Part shown: positions 48,745 to 58,569 of the stretch, piece after piece
Layout: every line of letters begins with the position of its first letter
Numbering within the stretch: the first letter of the stretch is position 1
NCBI GenBank assembly: GCA_963725285.1
Contig: CAVRXT010000012.1
Location: forward strand, 91,265 to 155,264
Origin: an uncultured Acidobacteriota bacterium
GTDB taxonomy: Bacteria > Acidobacteriota > Terriglobia > Acidiferrales > UBA7541
Direction of reading: 5' to 3'
Length of the DNA stretch: 64,000 nt
Position numbers and translations under genes: made by a program
The notes under the pieces: model-generated
Seen by the model: only the letters and a program-made list of their open reading frames with translations
Database searches by the model: none
What the model was told of the DNA's origin: nothing

Positions 48745-51700
48745 CTAAAATGCGAACTGCAAACGGAACTGAATACTGCGAGCTCCGTCCGCTCCATTAT
48801 TCGGATTGGCGATCGCTGCTCCAAACGCTGCCGGATTCTGGACGTTGACATACTGCGCCGGGTTGTTCGAGCCCCCGGAGGAATTGTCGGTGACTGCAAA
48901 GTTCGGATGATTGAACAAGTTGATGAATTCCGCATAAATGTTGACCTTCAGCCGCTCGTAAATTTGGAACGACTTGATGATCGACATGTCAGTATTCACG
49001 AACATCGGCCCACGCAGGAATATGAAGCTTCCAAGCTGGCCGGGCGTGGTTTCCGGAAGCAGCGGCTGGGCTCCGTTGGCAAATAGCTTTGGATTAAGGA
49101 AGGTCACCGGTTCGCTGCTGTTGGGTCCGTTGTAAACGCCCACGTTACTCTGCAACTCCTTCCGGGTAATGCCGTTCAGGACCACACCAGAGTCCGCTTC
49201 GTCCGGAGCCCCCAACGGATTGGCGAAGTCGTTGAAGGTGTTGAAGCCACCCAGCAATTTAAAGTTCCGACCGGACTGCGCGGTGACGATAGTCCCCAGC
49301 GTCCAGCCGCCAATCAGCCGGTTGACGGCATCGTGCGAGTTCTTGAATTGGCGCCCGGCTCCGAAGGGCAAATCGTAGGTCGCGTAGGTTCGGAAAACGT
49401 TGCGCAGATCGTACGGCGATGGCACGCGGTTTAGTCCCGGATTGCGCAAGGTGGTGTAGTTTTCGACCGCCTGGTCGGCGGTGTAATAGTCGCCGATGTA
49501 GCGGCTGGTGAACGCGTGGCTGTAGGTGTAATTCGCCATGAGCATCAGCCCGTGGCCTACCGGATGCTTGGCCTGCACTTGCAGTCCGCTGTAGGACTCG
49601 CTCCCGGGATCGGATAGCAGTAGCGCTGCCGAACCGGCGGCGTACGGATTCACCTGAAAGAAATTCATCGGATAGTTCCCGGCGCCATAGCCCGTGCAAG
49701 GGGTGAATTTGGTGCCGCCCACCATGTTGCAGAGATAGCTGGCGCTGGATGCCAGAGCGTTAGCCAGCGCGCCGGCCTGCCCCTGCTGCAAAAGCGGGAT
49801 GAATTGGCTATTGGAGAAGCTGGAGCTGAGCAACGAGGCCGAGGGCGACGCCGATCCGGTTCCGCCAAACGCCGCCTCGAAAATTGGCGTTGGTATCAGT
49901 CCCGGCGCGCCGGTGTTGTCTGCGAAGGTCGAACCGCCGTTGATGGCCAGGTTGGTCTGGGCGTTCTGGAATTCTTTCAGGAAGCCGTTCTCAAAAATGT
50001 TGATCTCGTTCAAATCAAAGTTCTGCCACATGTGCACCGAGTGGTTGCCTACGTAATTCACTTCCAGAACCGTGTTTCCCGGCAACTTGCGCTGGAATCC
50101 GAAGTTCCACCCTTCCACGTAGGGCGAGCGGATCTTCGGATCGACCGTGCTGAACATCTGATTGCTGAACGTAAATAGCGACTCGGGGAAAGGAGGGCTG
50201 AAGGTCGCTGGAAAGGCGTTGGCGGTGATCGGCGAACTTACGCTGAGCGAGCCTGGTGCGAACTGGCCAGCCGCAAATCCCGGGTTGAGGTACACGGTCT
50301 GCTGCGCGCCGGGATTGCCAAAGATCGTGGCCTGTTCAAACGTGGTCCAGCCTTCATCGTAATGGCTCACCCGCGCGCCGCCGCGAATCACCAGGTTGCT
50401 TCCGCCGGCCAGCTTGCCGCGGATTCCATCGGTCCAGTTCGGGTTCCATGCGAAACCGAAATTGGGCGAAGGCTGTTTGTTGTCCGCGGTGTACGGCGCC
50501 GGCCGCAACGCGACGTCCGGGCTCAGGTTTCCTCCAAGCTGTCCCGGTTGGAACTCCGCGGTAGACGGCCCAAGCAGGTCGCCGTAGGTTGGGTTGGTGG
50601 CGAATCCATCGGTATTGTGAATCGCGCCGGAGAATTGCCAGCGGAAGCCAAAGTTGAGCGCGAAGTGTGGCGTCACTCGCCAGGCGTCCTGGAAATATAC
50701 GCCCCCGACGGTTTGTTTCTCGCGATAGTTTAGCGATCCAGCCACTTGGTACTGGCGGGTGGCGCCATCGACGTAGTTCGCCCCGGAAACGTAGTTCAGA
50801 CGTCCTACGATGGTGGCGTACAACGCCTCCGCATTCAGCAGATCGCTGGCGGTATTGATGTCCGGAAAGTTGGTGGTGTTAAACATGCTCAGCGCCGGAT
50901 CGAGATTGTTCAGGCCCACGTTGTCGGTGGGCGGCGAATCCGATTCCAGCTCGCGCATCGTCGAGATTCTGAGGTCTCCTCCGAAAGTGAAGTTATGGTT
51001 CCCGCGGGTCCAGGTTAGGTTGTCGTAGATGTTCCACAAGGGGTTGTTGCGCGGCAGAGGAAAGATGAAGCCCGGAATCACCGGATTGAAGATTAGGCCC
51101 TGACCGTTCGCCAAGGACGGCGCGCCGATCTGAACATTTCCCTGGCTCGCATACTCGTTAAAATTGTTGCCAGGATTGAATTCCTCTACCGTGCTCAACA
51201 CGCCGAAATTGAATTGGTTCAACAGGTGCGGTGCGACGTTCCAGTCCAGCCCGAGCATCCCGGTGTAGTAGGTCGAGTTGAAACCGTTGTTCTCGTGTTT
51301 GTCGCCAGGATACGGCTCGACGTTGGCGATGTGCCTCCAGTACAGGTCCCACGACGCATGGAAAGCAATTTTGGAGCTGATCTGATAATCCAAGCGGGCA
51401 GTGGGATACCGGTTCGTGTTGCTTTCCTTTTGAAAGAAATTGAGTTGGTTCATGTAAGCCAGACCGCTCAGCGGGCTCAGCGTTTGACCGGTCGAATAGG
51501 TATTCAGGTTGGAGAAAATGCCGGCCATGATCGGGTCCGGCGTCGACGGAAAGCCGTTGGCCTGCGCCACCCCCAGCAGGTTGACGGTATGTTGTGCGCC
51601 GCTCACCCCGGTGTAAGTGAAAGTGCCGGCCTGGGCGGCGGTGGTAGGAATTTGGTTGCTGGTGTAAATCGAATACGGATTGTCTTCTTCCTCGAAGTTA

Positions 51701-52608
51701 ACGAACAAAAATAGTTTATTTTTCCAGATTGGCCCGCCAATGCTGCCGCCGTAGTCGTTCAAGTGAAACGAAGATATCGGCGCGCCGAGTGCGTTGTTGG
51801 TGAAGCTATTCGCATTAAACACGCTGTTCTGCGCTTCCCAGAATGCCGACCCGTGGAATTGGTTGGTCCCGCGCTTGGTGACGAATTGTAATTGCACCGA
51901 CCCTTCCGCTCCGGCATCGGCGGTCAGGCTGTCGGTGGAAACGGTGACCTCGTCAAAGGCTCCCAACCGCAACGGGGCCGCGGTGTAAAACCCAGTGGTG
52001 GAAGTACGGTATCGCTGGAAATTGTCGTTCACTCCGTCCACCGTGATATTGATCGCCGCGTTGGGCAACGCGTTGTAGGTAGTGAACCGTTCGTCGCCGC
52101 CGCTTTCCGCGCCGGGCACCAACTGCGCGAAAGGCAGCACGTCGCGTCCTCCCAGCGGCAAATTTTGTATGTCGTCGGGACTAATCGTCGAGGAAAGCGT
52201 GTTGCTGGTGGTCTCTAGAACTTCGCTCCCGGTGGAAACACGCACCGTCTCGGTGGAGGCGCCGACCTCGAGCTGCACTTTGAGGTCGGTGGTCTTTGCG
52301 GCGCCTACGATCAGGTCGTCGTACACCGCCTCGCGGAATCCCTTCACCGAGACCTTCAACTGATAGGTGCCAGGCTGCACCGCGGGGAAAACGTACTCCC
52401 CGGATTCGTTGGCGAACACCGTTTCGGTAAAACCAGTGGAGGCTTGGGAGATGGTCAGGGTCGCGCCAGGAATCGCCGCTCCGGACGGATCGGCGACCGA
52501 GCCGGAAATTTGCCCGGTGGTGCGCACTTGAGCGGACAGGCGACCGGCGCCAGGGAAGAGCAAAAGGAGCAGACAAAAGATGATTGCGAACGATGGTCGT
52601 TTCGACAT
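48745..52608 (-). CDS. TonB-dependent outer-membrane receptor with an N-terminal carboxypeptidase-regulatory-like domain
   Basis: 1288 aa. Signal peptide, CarboxypepD_reg-type beta-sandwich region (VKGFREAVYDDLIVGAAKTTDLKVQLEVGA) and a C-terminal Phe. GGAGGG RBS before ATG 52608. Confidence 0.9.
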   Translation of the reverse strand: MSKRPSFAIIFCLLLLLFPGAGRLSAQVRTTGQISGSVADPSGAAIPGATLTISQASTGFTETVFANESGEYVFPAVQPGTYQLKVSVKGFREAVYDDLIVGAAKTTDLKVQLEVGASTETVRVSTGSEVLETTSNTLSSTISPDDIQNLPLGGRDVLPFAQLVPGAESGGDERFTTYNALPNAAINITVDGVNDNFQRYRTSTTGFYTAAPLRLGAFDEVTVSTDSLTADAGAEGSVQLQFVTKRGTNQFHGSAFWEAQNSVFNANSFTNNALGAPISSFHLNDYGGSIGGPIWKNKLFLFVNFEEEDNPYSIYTSNQIPTTAAQAGTFTYTGVSGAQHTVNLLGVAQANGFPSTPDPIMAGIFSNLNTYSTGQTLSPLSGLAYMNQLNFFQKESNTNRYPTARLDYQISSKIAFHASWDLYWRHIANVEPYPGDKHENNGFNSTYYTGMLGLDWNVAPHLLNQFNFGVLSTVEEFNPGNNFNEYASQGNVQIGAPSLANGQGLIFNPVIPGFIFPLPRNNPLWNIYDNLTWTRGNHNFTFGGDLRISTMRELESDSPPTDNVGLNNLDPALSMFNTTNFPDINTASDLLNAEALYATIVGRLNYVSGANYVDGATRQYQVAGSLNYREKQTVGGVYFQDAWRVTPHFALNFGFRWQFSGAIHNTDGFATNPTYGDLLGPSTAEFQPGQLGGNLSPDVALRPAPYTADNKQPSPNFGFAWNPNWTDGIRGKLAGGSNLVIRGGARVSHYDEGWTTFEQATIFGNPGAQQTVYLNPGFAAGQFAPGSLSVSSPITANAFPATFSPPFPESLFTFSNQMFSTVDPKIRSPYVEGWNFGFQRKLPGNTVLEVNYVGNHSVHMWQNFDLNEINIFENGFLKEFQNAQTNLAINGGSTFADNTGAPGLIPTPIFEAAFGGTGSASPSASLLSSSFSNSQFIPLLQQGQAGALANALASSASYLCNMVGGTKFTPCTGYGAGNYPMNFFQVNPYAAGSAALLLSDPGSESYSGLQVQAKHPVGHGLMLMANYTYSHAFTSRYIGDYYTADQAVENYTTLRNPGLNRVPSPYDLRNVFRTYATYDLPFGAGRQFKNSHDAVNRLIGGWTLGTIVTAQSGRNFKLLGGFNTFNDFANPLGAPDEADSGVVLNGITRKELQSNVGVYNGPNSSEPVTFLNPKLFANGAQPLLPETTPGQLGSFIFLRGPMFVNTDMSIIKSFQIYERLKVNIYAEFINLFNHPNFAVTDNSSGGSNNPAQYVNVQNPAAFGAAIANPNNGADGARSIQFRLQFAF

Positions 52609-52997
52609 GGCGCCCTCCGAATGAATTAACGGCCCCTGAGGTCTTGCTTCACGACTGCAACATGGCCGAATCGACTTGGAAGTGATTTTCGCTGAACAGC
52701 ACCCTGAAATTTTGGATACGATATACAACATAAAATATCCTGTCAAGAACTCTTTCTTTCTCCACCGTCTCTCATTCTTCAGAGCTTAGCCCAGCCCCGA
52801 CTCTCTCGGCCTCGCGTTCACGAGTTGCTTCGTGTTACCCGGCGTGCTAGTCTGCGCCAGACTCGGATTCAATTGAGTGGCGGGCACACCTGCCTGCGTT
52901 TCTCCGCATGGGGAAGCGAGATGGCGGCTCACTCCGGGCGGATGGCGCGAAAACTTGCCGCGTGCTCTGCGCGGACGCAAGCCAGGAAGAGGAAGTA

Positions 52998-53303
52998 ATG
53001 TCTGAGGAAGCTCTAGGAATGATCGAGACCAAGGGGTTGATTGGCTCGATCGAAGCTGCCGACGCCATGGTCAAGTCGGCGAACGTCACCTTGGTCGGCA
53101 AGGAATACATCGGCTCCGGTTACGTCACCGTCACCGTGCGCGGAGATGTGGGTGCGGTGAAAGCGGCCACTGATGCGGGCGCGGCAGCAGCGCGCCGCGT
53201 GGGCGAGCTCGTCTCCGTACACGTGATCCCGCGTCCGCACGAGAACATCGAGGCGATTCTTCCGGGCGGCGCTGGACGAGAGTCGTCGGCTGGGAAACGC
53301 TGA
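52998..53303 (+). CDS. Bacterial microcompartment shell protein, BMC-H (PduA/PduJ/EutM-like)
   Basis: [30 protein letters not shown]...[37 protein letters not shown] is near-identical in pattern to the PduA family (Pfam PF00936). Confidence 0.85.
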   Translation: MSEEALGMIETKGLIGSIEAADAMVKSANVTLVGKEYIGSGYVTVTVRGDVGAVKAATDAGAAAARRVGELVSVHVIPRPHENIEAILPGGAGRESSAGKR

Positions 53304-53390
53304 AGTTAGGCTGATTCGCCACGGACGGCGCCGCAGCCAGTCGCACCGGCGCTGACGCAGCCATTCCAAAACTGGTCCTTACCGGCGGGG

Positions 53391-55376
53391 TTGAACGGAT
53401 TGAGCCTTCGTGACCGCGATTTAATTTCCATCCAAGACGCCCGCGAGAGTGTCGAGCGGGCGGCGCAAGCCCAGAAAAAATTTGCGTCGTTCCCCCAAGC
53501 GCAGATCGATGCGGTAGTAGACGCGTGCGCCGAAGCGGCCGCCGGCGCCGCGGAATCGCTGGCGCGTCTGGCCGTGGAAGAAACCGGCTACGGCAACGTT
53601 CCCGACAAAATTCTGAAGAACCGTCTCGCCGCGGTCGAAGTTCATCGCGCCATTCGCGGCATGAAGACCGTCGGAATCGTGCGCGAAGATGCCCAACACA
53701 AAATTCTGGAAGTGGCCGAGCCGGTGGGCGTGGTTGCCGCGATCATTCCCTCCACCAATCCCACTTCCACCGCAATTTACAAAACTCTGATCGCGCTGAA
53801 ATCCCGCAACGCCATCGTGCTCAGCCCGCATCCCACCGCCGCGCGCTGCATTTGCGAAGCCGCCGCGGTGCTCGAACGCGCCGCGCGAAAAGCAGGAGCG
53901 CCCGACGGCATTATCGTTTGCCTGCAAAATCCCACGCTGCCGGGAACCCAGGAATTGATGCGCCAACGCAGCGTCGGCGTGATCCTGGCCACTGGCGGAA
54001 CCGGATTGGTTCGCGCCGCTTACAGTTCCGGCAAGCCTGCTTACGGCGTAGGCCCCGGTAACGTCCCGGCGTTTATCGAGCGCACCGCGGACGTGCCGAA
54101 AGCCATCGCCGATATTTTTGCGGGCAAAACGTTTGACTACGGCACCATCTGTTCATCCGAGCAAGCCGTCGTGGTCGAAGATGCGGTCAAGGATTTGGCG
54201 ATCGCCGAATGCACTCGCCAGGGCGCGCACTGGCTCTCCGCCGACGAAATTCGCCGCCTCGGAGCCGTGGTAATCCTTCCCGGCACTTCCGCGCCCAATA
54301 CCAAAATCGTGGGCCGCGCCGCGACAGTGGTTGCCGAAATTGCCGGAATCCAAGTGCCCGCTTCCACGCGGGTGCTCATCGCGCGGCTCGAAGCCGTTGG
54401 CCGCGAGGTTCCGCTCTCGGCCGAAAAGCTCTCGCCCATTCTGGCTTTTTATACGGTTCCGGATCTGGCCGCCGGCATCGAGCGTTGCCGGCAACTCTTG
54501 CAGTTCGGCGGCTTGGGCCACACCGCTTCGATTCATTCGCAGAATGACGCGGCCATCCGCGAATACGGCCAGGCCGTGCCGGCGTTCCGAATTTGCGTCA
54601 ACACCGCGTCGGTGCACGGCTCAATCGGCTACTCGACCAATCTCTCTCCCGCGATGACTCTTGGCTGCGGCGCGCCGGGCGGCAACATCACCTCCGACAA
54701 TATTGGTCCGCAACACCTGATGAATATCAAGCGTATCGCCTGGGAGTCTCGCGGCATCGAACACCGCACCATTCCCGCGGATCAGCGCATGTCCGCCACG
54801 GCGACGCCTTCCCAAACCGCTGCGGTGGCAACGGCTGCCGCCGCGCGCGCCGATGCAAACCCTACCGTCATTCCCGATCGTCGTTTAATCGCCAACATGG
54901 TCGAGAGAGTTCTGAGCGCTCGGGGAATCCCGCGGGGCGCAGCGATGGCCACAGCCGCCGCCGCTTCGTCGGGAACGCCCAGGCCGAGCGCCGCAGACGT
55001 AGCTACTTCCGCGGTGAGCGCCATTTTTGACCGGCGATCGCCAGGCCACAGCGATCCGTCGGCTTCAGTCTCCGCTGCGGCCACCGCGGCCAGCTCGGCG
55101 GAGCACCGTGGCGCGGGAAAATCCTCTGCCGAGGCCGGACCTGCATCCACATCCGCGGGAACGCGCCCAACCGCACCCGCGGCGACCCCGGCGCTCAAGA
55201 TACCCGATTTTGTCAGCGAAAATGACGTCCGCATGGCCATCACCCGTAGCGAAAAAATTTTTATTAGCACCCAAACCATCGTCACGCCTTCCGCCCGCGA
55301 CCTGGCATCCACCCACGAAGTATTCGTTGAGACCGCCAGCGCCCCCAGCGCCCGCCCTCGATCGCTTCGAGATTGA
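53391..55376 (+). CDS. CoA-acylating aldehyde dehydrogenase (PduP/EutE-type) with a ~200-aa low-complexity C-terminal extension
   Basis: Key motifs are [74 protein letters not shown] and [11 protein letters not shown] (catalytic Cys). The ORF continues in-frame for ~200 Ala/Ser/Thr-rich residues. Confidence 0.85.
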   Translation: MNGLSLRDRDLISIQDARESVERAAQAQKKFASFPQAQIDAVVDACAEAAAGAAESLARLAVEETGYGNVPDKILKNRLAAVEVHRAIRGMKTVGIVREDAQHKILEVAEPVGVVAAIIPSTNPTSTAIYKTLIALKSRNAIVLSPHPTAARCICEAAAVLERAARKAGAPDGIIVCLQNPTLPGTQELMRQRSVGVILATGGTGLVRAAYSSGKPAYGVGPGNVPAFIERTADVPKAIADIFAGKTFDYGTICSSEQAVVVEDAVKDLAIAECTRQGAHWLSADEIRRLGAVVILPGTSAPNTKIVGRAATVVAEIAGIQVPASTRVLIARLEAVGREVPLSAEKLSPILAFYTVPDLAAGIERCRQLLQFGGLGHTASIHSQNDAAIREYGQAVPAFRICVNTASVHGSIGYSTNLSPAMTLGCGAPGGNITSDNIGPQHLMNIKRIAWESRGIEHRTIPADQRMSATATPSQTAAVATAAAARADANPTVIPDRRLIANMVERVLSARGIPRGAAMATAAAASSGTPRPSAADVATSAVSAIFDRRSPGHSDPSASVSAAATAASSAEHRGAGKSSAEAGPASTSAGTRPTAPAATPALKIPDFVSENDVRMAITRSEKIFISTQTIVTPSARDLASTHEVFVETASAPSARPRSLRD

Positions 55377-55451
55377 GGGATTCACGGGTGGCTTCGATTC
55401 TCAATCCCGCTTGCCGCCTGGCGCATCTAACCCCGGGAAGGGAATCGCACC

Positions 55452-57801
55452 ATGCGCAACGCTGAAGCGGCTCGCTACGCTCGCTGGGCCGCCACCGTCT
55501 CCATCTTGATCGTCACCCTGACTGCCGGCGTTTACATCCGCCGCGCGTGGCGCGCTTCCCATACCGGCGGCGAGACCCCTGAACCTATCCCCGATTCCGT
55601 GCAGCAACGTTCCGCAGTGTTTTCGCATTCCAAAGTGGAGTCCAACAGAACCATCTACACGATTCGCGCTTCGCAAGCCACCGAGTTCAAGGAACACAGC
55701 CTGCTGCAAGACGTCTGGATCACCATCTATGGCCAAGAGGGCGCGCGCAACGACAACGTGCACACCCGGGAATGCAGCTACGAACCCAACAGCGGCAATA
55801 TCCGCTGCCAGGGCGTGGTGCAGATCGATTTGGAAAGCGCGGATCAGGCCAAGGAACCTGGGCACCCTCACATCATGCACGTGAAGACCCAGGATTTCTC
55901 GTTCGATGAGAAAACCGGTGACGCGAGTTCCGATCAGCCGGTCGAAATTCAGTTTCCTGGCGGCAGTGGACACGGCCGGGGGCTCACCTACAACGCCAAT
56001 CGCACCGACCTCCGCCTTGAGCACGACGTCGAGTTCCAAATGGGTTCACCAACCGACCCTAAGGCTCCGGTCACCACCTTTGCCGGCAGCGCGCTGGATT
56101 TTCAGCGCAGTATTTCCACCGCTCAACTGTTCGGGCCAGTCCGCGTCAACCAGTCCGGACGCGTGCTCACATCGGGCCTGCTCACTTTGCTTCTCGACAG
56201 CGAGATGCACGCCCGGCACGTGCGGGCCTCCAACCACCCTGCCTTGCACTCCAGCGATGTCCAGCCGACGACTACCGGCACGATCGAAGTTACCTCCGAT
56301 GAAATGGACGCCGACCTGGACCCCGCGGGCTGGGCGCAGCAAGCCCAATTTTCCGGAAACGTGCGCGCCCACCGCCGCAACGGCAAGGAAAATGCCAATT
56401 TCACCGCGCAGCAAGCGGTTCTGCTGATGGAGCCGCGCGATAATTTGCTGCGCTCGGTGACCGCCAACGGCGGCGTGCACGTCGATATGCACAGCGATAC
56501 GCCCAGCGGGCCGCAATCGCGCACCCTGGACACCGCCGCGCTGCGCCTCGATTTTCATTCCACGCCGGGCCCCGATCCCAGTAGCCAAATCTCTGCTGCC
56601 GAAACGCTGGCCCCCGGCGCCATCGGTCTGAATTCCCCAGGCGACACCACCCAGGTGTACGCCACGAAATTCAATGCGCACTTCGACGCGGCCGGACGAT
56701 TCGATTGGCTCGAGGGGCATTCCGAAACGGAGATCAACCGCCAGATAAAATCAGACCCGCCGCAAAAGATTACCGCGCGGGACCTGGCGGTGACCTTCGC
56801 CAATGATGGGAGCTGGACCAACTTGAAGCTCGATCGCAACGTGCGCTTCCATCAGGCCGACCGGTCCGCGGAATGTGACCGCGCTACCATCGCCCACGCC
56901 ACCAACATTATCCATCTCGACGGTTCGCCCGCCGTGGCCGACCTGTCCGCCCGCACCACCGCCGGGGCTATCGAAATCAATCAGTCTACCAACGACATCC
57001 ACGCGGAATCTTCGGTCCTCACCACTTATCGAAATTCCACCCCGGACAAAGGTCCCGACCATCGGCGCCGGAATCGCGCACGTGTCCTCGGACACCCTGG
57101 CTGGCAACGGCGCTTCCGGACACTTGCTTTATTCCGGCCACGCCCGCTATTGGCAAGGCGATACCACGCTCAACGCCGACGTGATCGAAATTACCCGTGC
57201 GCAGAACCGCATCGACGCCCACGGCAACGTGATCGCCGCGCTCCCGCAGCTTCCCGGCCCGGGCCTTCCCGGAACTATTGCCCGCGCCAACCCGAAGCCC
57301 ACCCGGCCGGTCATCTGGGACGTTCGTGCGCCGGTCTTGCATTATTGGAACGACACCGGGAAGGGCCTGCTGGAGGGCGGTGTGAATGCCACCTCCACCC
57401 AGGGCGCACTGCATTCCGAGACTCTCGATCTGTTTCTCGCACCGGCAGCCCAGCCCGACGCCAGCGGTCAGCTGCCCAAAGCCGCTCCCACGTCAGCTCC
57501 CAGCACCGCGACGCCTAAGTCGGCCCCGGCAACTTCCCCAGGTCGCCAGCTCGAGCGCGCGGTGGCTCAGGGATCGGTGGTGGTGCAGCAAGGCGACCGC
57601 CGCGGCATGGCCGATCAAGGCGTTTACACCGCAGCCGATGGCCGCTACGTGCTCTCCGGCGGCGATCCGACGATTATCGATGCGGCCAGCGACACCACCA
57701 CCCAAGGCCATTCGTTGACCTTCTATGTAGCCAGTGATACGATTTTGATAGACGCCCAAGCGGGTTCCAAAACGCTGACGAAACACAGAGTTGAGAAATG
57801 A
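55452..57801 (+). pseudogene. LptC-like N-terminal TM region joined to OstA/LptA-like repeats (LPS transport periplasmic bridge), interrupted by an apparent +1 frameshift near 57040-57060
   Basis: Frame 0 (55452-57518) has an N-terminal TM and LptC/OstA-like repeats up to ...TTYRNSTPDKG and then Arg-rich garbage. Frame +1 (listed from 56875) becomes LptA-like from ...VPTIGAGIAHVSSDTLAG... to the stop at 57801, just before lptB. Confidence 0.55.
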
Positions 57802-57807
57802 AGCAGC

Positions 57808-58533
57808 ATGCTGAAACTTCAGGCCTCCGAGCTCACCAAATCTTACCGAGGCCGCAAGGTTGTCGATAACGTTAACTTGGAGATTCAGCAGGGAGAAGTA
57901 GTTGGTCTGCTCGGACCGAACGGCGCAGGTAAGACTACAACGTTTTACATCCTGGTCGGGCTGGCCCGGCCGGACTTCGGCCGCGTCCTCCTGGATGGGG
58001 ATGACATCACCGACCTCCCGATGTACCTGCGGGCCCGCAGCGGCATCAGCTACCTTCCACAAGAGCCTTCGGTTTTTCGTAAACTAACGGTCGAAGAGAA
58101 CCTGCTCGCGATTCTGGAAACCCTGCCCCTGTCGTCGGAGCAGCGCCGTGACCGGGTAGAAGAGTTGTTGGCGCAGATGGGCTTGGAGGGTGTGCGCAGT
58201 AGCCGTGCCTACGTTTTGTCGGGCGGCGAGCGCCGGCGCCTCGAAATCGCCCGTTCGTTGGTATTGCTGCCTTCGTTTGTGCTGCTGGACGAGCCATTTT
58301 CGGGGATCGACCCCCTGACCGTGGTTGATTTACAAAAGATTATTGCTAGCTTGTCCGCAGCCGGCATCGGAGTACTAGTGACCGATCACAACGTCCGTGA
58401 AACACTGGCAGTGACGAATCGGGCCTATATCATCAATGGAGGCAAGATCTTCCGGGCTGGTACTCCGGCCGATCTTTCCGGCGACCCGGAAGTACGGCGG
58501 GTGTACTTAGGCCAGGGGTTCCGTCTGAACTGA
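57808..58533 (+). CDS. lptB: LPS export ABC transporter ATP-binding protein LptB
   Basis: Walker [10 protein letters not shown] and signature [15 protein letters not shown]. In conserved lptCAB-rpoN context. Confidence 0.9.
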   Translation: MLKLQASELTKSYRGRKVVDNVNLEIQQGEVVGLLGPNGAGKTTTFYILVGLARPDFGRVLLDGDDITDLPMYLRARSGISYLPQEPSVFRKLTVEENLLAILETLPLSSEQRRDRVEELLAQMGLEGVRSSRAYVLSGGERRRLEIARSLVLLPSFVLLDEPFSGIDPLTVVDLQKIIASLSAAGIGVLVTDHNVRETLAVTNRAYIINGGKIFRAGTPADLSGDPEVRRVYLGQGFRLN

Positions 58534-58569
58534 TTGGCTGCTATGGTCGAATAGTACTTTGAATCGCCT

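Noticed and set aside
52921-52960. Sigma-54-like TGGCGC...TTGC motif upstream of the BMC-H gene
   Set aside because: The spacing is GG-N11-GC rather than N10, and TGGCGC-GAAAAC-TTGC has a 6-nt spacer. That is off by one and unlikely to be functional.
55198-55509. Possible hidden BMC pentamer (EutN/CcmL) gene in or after the ALDH tail, prompted by [14 protein letters not shown] resembling M.IGRVIGTVVSTQK
   Set aside because: Frames checked: frame 0 stops after 47 aa and the other two frames across 55230-55510 translate to Pro/Arg-rich nonsense. No ~90-aa ORF with a beta-barrel pattern is present.
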